A DNA stretch of 64,000 nt. It comes from an uncultured Methanosarcinales archaeon (GTDB taxonomy: Archaea; Nanobdellota; Nanobdellia; Woesearchaeales; CALCXY01). How positions within the stretch are numbered: position 1 is the first letter of the stretch; each line of letters starts with the position of its first letter. The position numbers were made by a program, and so were the translations under genes. This document shows positions 60,740-64,000 of this stretch, piece after piece. The notes below the pieces were generated by a model, which was given only the letters and a program-made list of their open reading frames with translations, did not search any database and was not told the DNA's origin. Location of the stretch: NCBI GenBank assembly GCA_964385185.1, contig CAYLOA010000003.1:1-64000 (forward strand). The letters are read 5' to 3'.

Positions 60740-62002
60740 TTAAGTCCCTTCTTGCCAACTGTTCAAGTATTTCTCCTGTTCAGGTGTTAAGGTATCAATT
60801 TTAATTCCCATGGACTCTAATTGTAGCCTGGAGATTTCTTGATCCTTTTCTGGATCTAATTGATATACTTTGTTTGAGAGTTTTCCTTTATTTTGTGCTA
60901 GGAATTCACAAGCAAAGGCTTGGTTACAAAACGACATAGCCATGATGGTAGATGGATGTCCTTCTGCAGCTGCAAGATTGATTAATCTTGCTTCTCCTAA
61001 TACAAAGACTTTTTTGTTGCCCAGCATGTATTCATCCATATACTCTCTGATTTTTCTATGGTTTGTAGCTAGTTTTCCTAATTCTGCTACATTGATTTCA
61101 GAATCGAAGTGACCAGAGTTAGCTACCATTGCACCATCTTTCATTGTTTTCATATGGTGAATATCGATCACGTGCTTGTTACCTGTTACCGTCACAAAGA
61201 TATCTCCTAGTGGGGCTGCTTCTGCCATAGGCATAACTCTAAACCCATCCATGGCAGCTTGTAGTGCTCTGAATGGGTTTACTTCAGTCACTATGACGTT
61301 TGCATCTTGACCTTGTGCTCTTCTTGCTAGGCCTTTTCCACATTCTCCATATCCTACAACAACAAATGTTTTACCTGCAATGATTACATTGGTTGCTCTT
61401 AGGATTCCGTCGATTGTGGACTGTCCTGTTCCTTTCAGATTATCCATTAGATGTTTTGTGTCTGCATCATTTACAGCTACCATAGGATATTTGAGTGCGT
61501 TGTCCTTGACCATGGAATTTAATCGAATAATTCCAGTAGTGGTTTCTTCAGCCCCTCCAATAATTTCTGGAAGAAGTTCTGGATGTTTAGTGTGAATTTC
61601 CGTTACTAAATCACAACCATCATCAATGGTGATGTGTGGTTTAAACTTGATGACGTTTGTTAGATATCGGTAGTAATCTTCGTTTGATTCTCCTTTGTAT
61701 GCCCAGATATTTACACCTTCTTCTGCTAATGCTGCTGCAACATCATCTTGAGTTGAGAGAGGATTACAACCCGTGATTGCCACTTCTGCTCCTCCAGCCC
61801 TTAATGTTCGTACTAGAATTCCCGTTTCTTTAGTTACGTGGAGAGCTAGACCCACCTTTAGTCCTTTTAGTGGTTGTTCCGTTTTGAATCTTTCTCTTAC
61901 TTGTAAGAGGGCTCCCATTTGCATTTCTGCCCATTCAAGGTTCTTTTTACCTTGCTCTGCTAATTTCATATCCTTTACTTCATAATTTTCTCCTGTATCC
62001 AT
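60740..62002 (-). CDS. ahcY: Adenosylhomocysteinase
   Basis: CNPLSTQD, IDDGCD, EETTTG, GYGECGKG, NSGHFD, LINLAAAEGHP; AGGTGA RBS. Confidence 0.97.
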   Translation of the reverse strand: MDTGENYEVKDMKLAEQGKKNLEWAEMQMGALLQVRERFKTEQPLKGLKVGLALHVTKETGILVRTLRAGGAEVAITGCNPLSTQDDVAAALAEEGVNIWAYKGESNEDYYRYLTNVIKFKPHITIDDGCDLVTEIHTKHPELLPEIIGGAEETTTGIIRLNSMVKDNALKYPMVAVNDADTKHLMDNLKGTGQSTIDGILRATNVIIAGKTFVVVGYGECGKGLARRAQGQDANVIVTEVNPFRALQAAMDGFRVMPMAEAAPLGDIFVTVTGNKHVIDIHHMKTMKDGAMVANSGHFDSEINVAELGKLATNHRKIREYMDEYMLGNKKVFVLGEARLINLAAAEGHPSTIMAMSFCNQAFACEFLAQNKGKLSNKVYQLDPEKDQEISRLQLESMGIKIDTLTPEQEKYLNSWQEGT

Positions 62003-62075
62003 ATAGATCACCTTGTTAGTTTATGAGATAGGGAAGTAGTGGATGATTTATATATATTTGTCTCTATTATGTTTA

Positions 62076-62110
62076 ATTTGTCCAAGAATAGTGGATATTT
62101 ATGGACAAAT
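62076..62110. promoter_or_regulatory. Inverted repeat, candidate operator in the ahcY/lrp divergent region
   Basis: ATTTGTCCA-N17-TGGACAAAT between two TATA-like elements. Confidence 0.5.
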
Positions 62111-62160
62111 ATAGTAAGTTTTATATAGTAGTTGGACAGTATACAGTATATTAGGAGTTT

Positions 62161-62235
62161 GGTGAGGCTCTCTGGAGATTTTCAACCCCAACGTTGATAC
62201 CCTTCCTTCTACCGGGGAGTCTTACTATTTTTTTT
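62161..62235 (+). ncRNA. Candidate structured RNA/leader with U-tract upstream of lrp
   Basis: 14-bp stem 62162-75/62212-25 that needs four G-U pairs, inner TCAAC/GTTGA hairpin, T8 tract. Confidence 0.5.
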
Positions 62236-62271
62236 ATAATAAAAAGAGTTAGATTGAGTGCTAAAGAACTG

Positions 62272-62694
62272 ATGGAATTACAAGAGAAAGATCGGAAAAT
62301 TATTGATTTGCTTAGAGAGGATGCTCGAGCTACTATTCGAGACATTGCTAAACGAACTTCTTTACGACCGAGTACGGTCCATCAACGAATGCAGAAGATG
62401 GATAAAGAAGGAGTGATTGAGAAATATACTGTCAAGTTGAATAATGATAAAGTGGGTGAGAATTTTATTGTGTTTATTATGGTTAAGAGTTCTAAAGATA
62501 TTGAGAAAAGTGCTTTGAAGGATGATCGGATAAGAGAAGTGTTTGGAGTTACCGGTGGTTTTGATTTAATGATTAAATGTAAGTTTAAAGATATCGTTGA
62601 CTTTAATGATTTTATTATTGCTTTCCGTAAGAAGGATGGTATTGAAGCTACTGAAACAGTAGTGAGTACGGTTACAATTAAAGAAGAGCTTTGA
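62272..62694 (+). CDS. Lrp/AsnC transcriptional regulator
   Basis: D.KII.LL.EDAR...DIAK...STVH.R...GVI HTH; VTGGFDL RAM domain. Confidence 0.93.
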   Translation: MELQEKDRKIIDLLREDARATIRDIAKRTSLRPSTVHQRMQKMDKEGVIEKYTVKLNNDKVGENFIVFIMVKSSKDIEKSALKDDRIREVFGVTGGFDLMIKCKFKDIVDFNDFIIAFRKKDGIEATETVVSTVTIKEEL

Positions 62695-62735
62695 TTCACC
62701 CTAAGTTTTATAAATAAAATCAAATTTACTACATC

Positions 62736-63076
62736 ATGGATTCAATAATGCCTGAAGAATATATACCTTGGGACTTATTCATTCTTTATCAGACATCGAT
62801 TTGGAAACTTGAAGATTTAATTATTAATGGTACAACAGATGAAAATTTTCGAGATCATAACATGGCTGGCAGAGATTTACTGATAACTCTTGGAACTATT
62901 AAATTAAGACAATGGGACAAGCCAACTTTTTTTTGGAGGCAAGAGAGTTATTACGTAGAAGTTATGAAGCACTGGACGCTTATTTTGATGAAACTTCTAA
63001 TATGGAATGTCTTGCTTATCGAGGATTTCAACAGGAAAGAAGAGACGATTTAGAGAATTTTATCACAGCAGATTAA
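62736..63076 (+). CDS. Hypothetical protein, probably frameshifted at the T8 tract 62927-62934
   Basis: TTTTATAAA about 25 nt before ATG; 0-frame ends at 63053; -1 frame reads LEARELLRRSYEALDAYF...FITAD* to 63076. Confidence 0.5.
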
Positions 63077-63078
63077 TA

Positions 63079-64000
63079 TTATTGGATCGAACTAATATCT
63101 ACTTTCTCATTTAATCTTGCAGGCATTTGTGCAACTACCTTAGCTGCTGCATAGGATGCAATTTTTCCTGCTTCTGGTAACGGTAAGGCATGAGTGATTC
63201 CGTAGAGGATGCCAGCTGCATACATATCTCCCGCTCCAGTTGAGGAAATGGGATTCGTTGAAAAAGGTTCTATTTTAAAAAAATCAATGTCTGTTTTAAT
63301 GAACGAACCTTGGTCTCCCAGTTTTACACAGGCAATGTGACACATCTCTGCAATTTCATGGAGTGCACCTTCTGGATCATCTAGTTCTGTGAAAGCTTCT
63401 GCTTCAGAGTCATTTGCAAATACAATATCTACGTGATCTTGGACAAATGTTTTGAAAGCTTCGAGGTTTCGTTTAATTAATCCTGCATCGTTTAGATCTA
63501 TTGAAACTTGGACGTTATTTTCCTTTGCAATTTCTACTGCATGCAGAATAAGTTCCTTAATTTCAGGAGCTTCTAGTTGGTATGCTTCAAGGTGTAGGAT
63601 TTTGCTTCTTTTCAGATCTTCGTCGATAAAATCCGGTTTTTTTAGGTTTACTGCAGCACCTAGGTGCGTTGCAAATGATCTTTCTTTGTCAGGTGTGATA
63701 AATGTTATGGCATGACCGGTTTGAAATGAATCCGATTTTACCATATTTCCTTTGATTCCTTCTTTTTCTAGAATAGTTTCGTATAAATCTCCGTGTTTGT
63801 CATCACCAATCTTTCCAAAAAAAGCTCCTATTCCTCCTAGATTTGCTATGCCTGCAATAGTGTTTGATACAGATCCTCCTGGGAAGTTTTGCATGGGAAG
63901 ATGGCTAATTTTGTCTAGCATTTCTTTCGCTTGATCTTGTTCTATGAGAATCATCTCTCCTTTATTGAGTTTAAAGTCCATTAATGTTCGGTCATCTACT
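63079..64000 (-). CDS. PfkB-family kinase, adenosine kinase-like (5' end outside window)
   Basis: GGSVSNT, GKIGDD..G, ERSF.T.LGA, FAN..EA, STGAGDMYAAG; frame open to the window edge. Confidence 0.9.
   Translation of the reverse strand, partial: VDDRTLMDFKLNKGEMILIEQDQAKEMLDKISHLPMQNFPGGSVSNTIAGIANLGGIGAFFGKIGDDKHGDLYETILEKEGIKGNMVKSDSFQTGHAITFITPDKERSFATHLGAAVNLKKPDFIDEDLKRSKILHLEAYQLEAPEIKELILHAVEIAKENNVQVSIDLNDAGLIKRNLEAFKTFVQDHVDIVFANDSEAEAFTELDDPEGALHEIAEMCHIACVKLGDQGSFIKTDIDFFKIEPFSTNPISSTGAGDMYAAGILYGITHALPLPEAGKIASYAAAKVVAQMPARLNEKVDISSIQ

Noticed and set aside
280..63934. Numerous 60-160 aa ORFs antisense to or nested in larger genes (e.g. 23544-23924, 38227-38697, 47172-47537, 53939-54322)
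   Set aside because: Shadow frames of well-supported genes, with no motifs or initiation signals
1..64000. Complete reassignment of TGA (genetic code 4 or 25)
   Set aside because: TGA ends several conserved genes at the expected length (ATGA overlaps, Lrp at 62694), and none of the recognisable core genes contains an internal TGA; only partial readthrough remains possible
1..64000. CRISPR array, transposase, integrase, reverse transcriptase/DGR, prophage
   Set aside because: No regularly spaced repeats or recognisable protein motifs; no duplicated tRNA 3' end (att site) noticed near tRNA-Trp

Overview
AT-rich archaeal chromosome segment. The archaeal call rests on AglB, an intron-containing tRNA-Trp, TATA boxes about 25-30 nt before many ATGs, and an Lrp regulator; gene content suggests a DPANN/Woesearchaeota-like lineage (inference). 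Positions 0.1-35.7 kb form a surface-glycosylation region: SAM, C- and radical-SAM methyltransferases, two perosamine-type aminotransferases, gmd/rmd, GT2/GT4 enzymes, GT-C-like membrane proteins and aglB. Positions 35.9-46.9 and 54.4-60.7 kb encode large secreted or S-layer-like proteins. The remainder holds tRNA-Trp, mtnP-apt, a dTDP-rhamnose operon with an RmlB-RmlD fusion, ahcY, Lrp and an adenosine kinase-like gene. The most notable observation is that two genes are interrupted only by in-frame stops (3 TGA, 1 TAA, no frameshifts), while the tRNA-Trp(CCA) has an unpaired 27:43 position (4-bp anticodon stem) and a miniature C/D-guide intron. This is a testable hint of leaky UGA-to-Trp decoding, but simple pseudogenization remains the null explanation. 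Also seen: an orphan diverged rmlA 3' end, several multi-stem intergenic elements, a structured RNA between ahcY and lrp, and a T8 frameshift site. No CRISPR array, transposase, integrase or rRNA was seen. There is a 100-N scaffold gap at 56522-56621.
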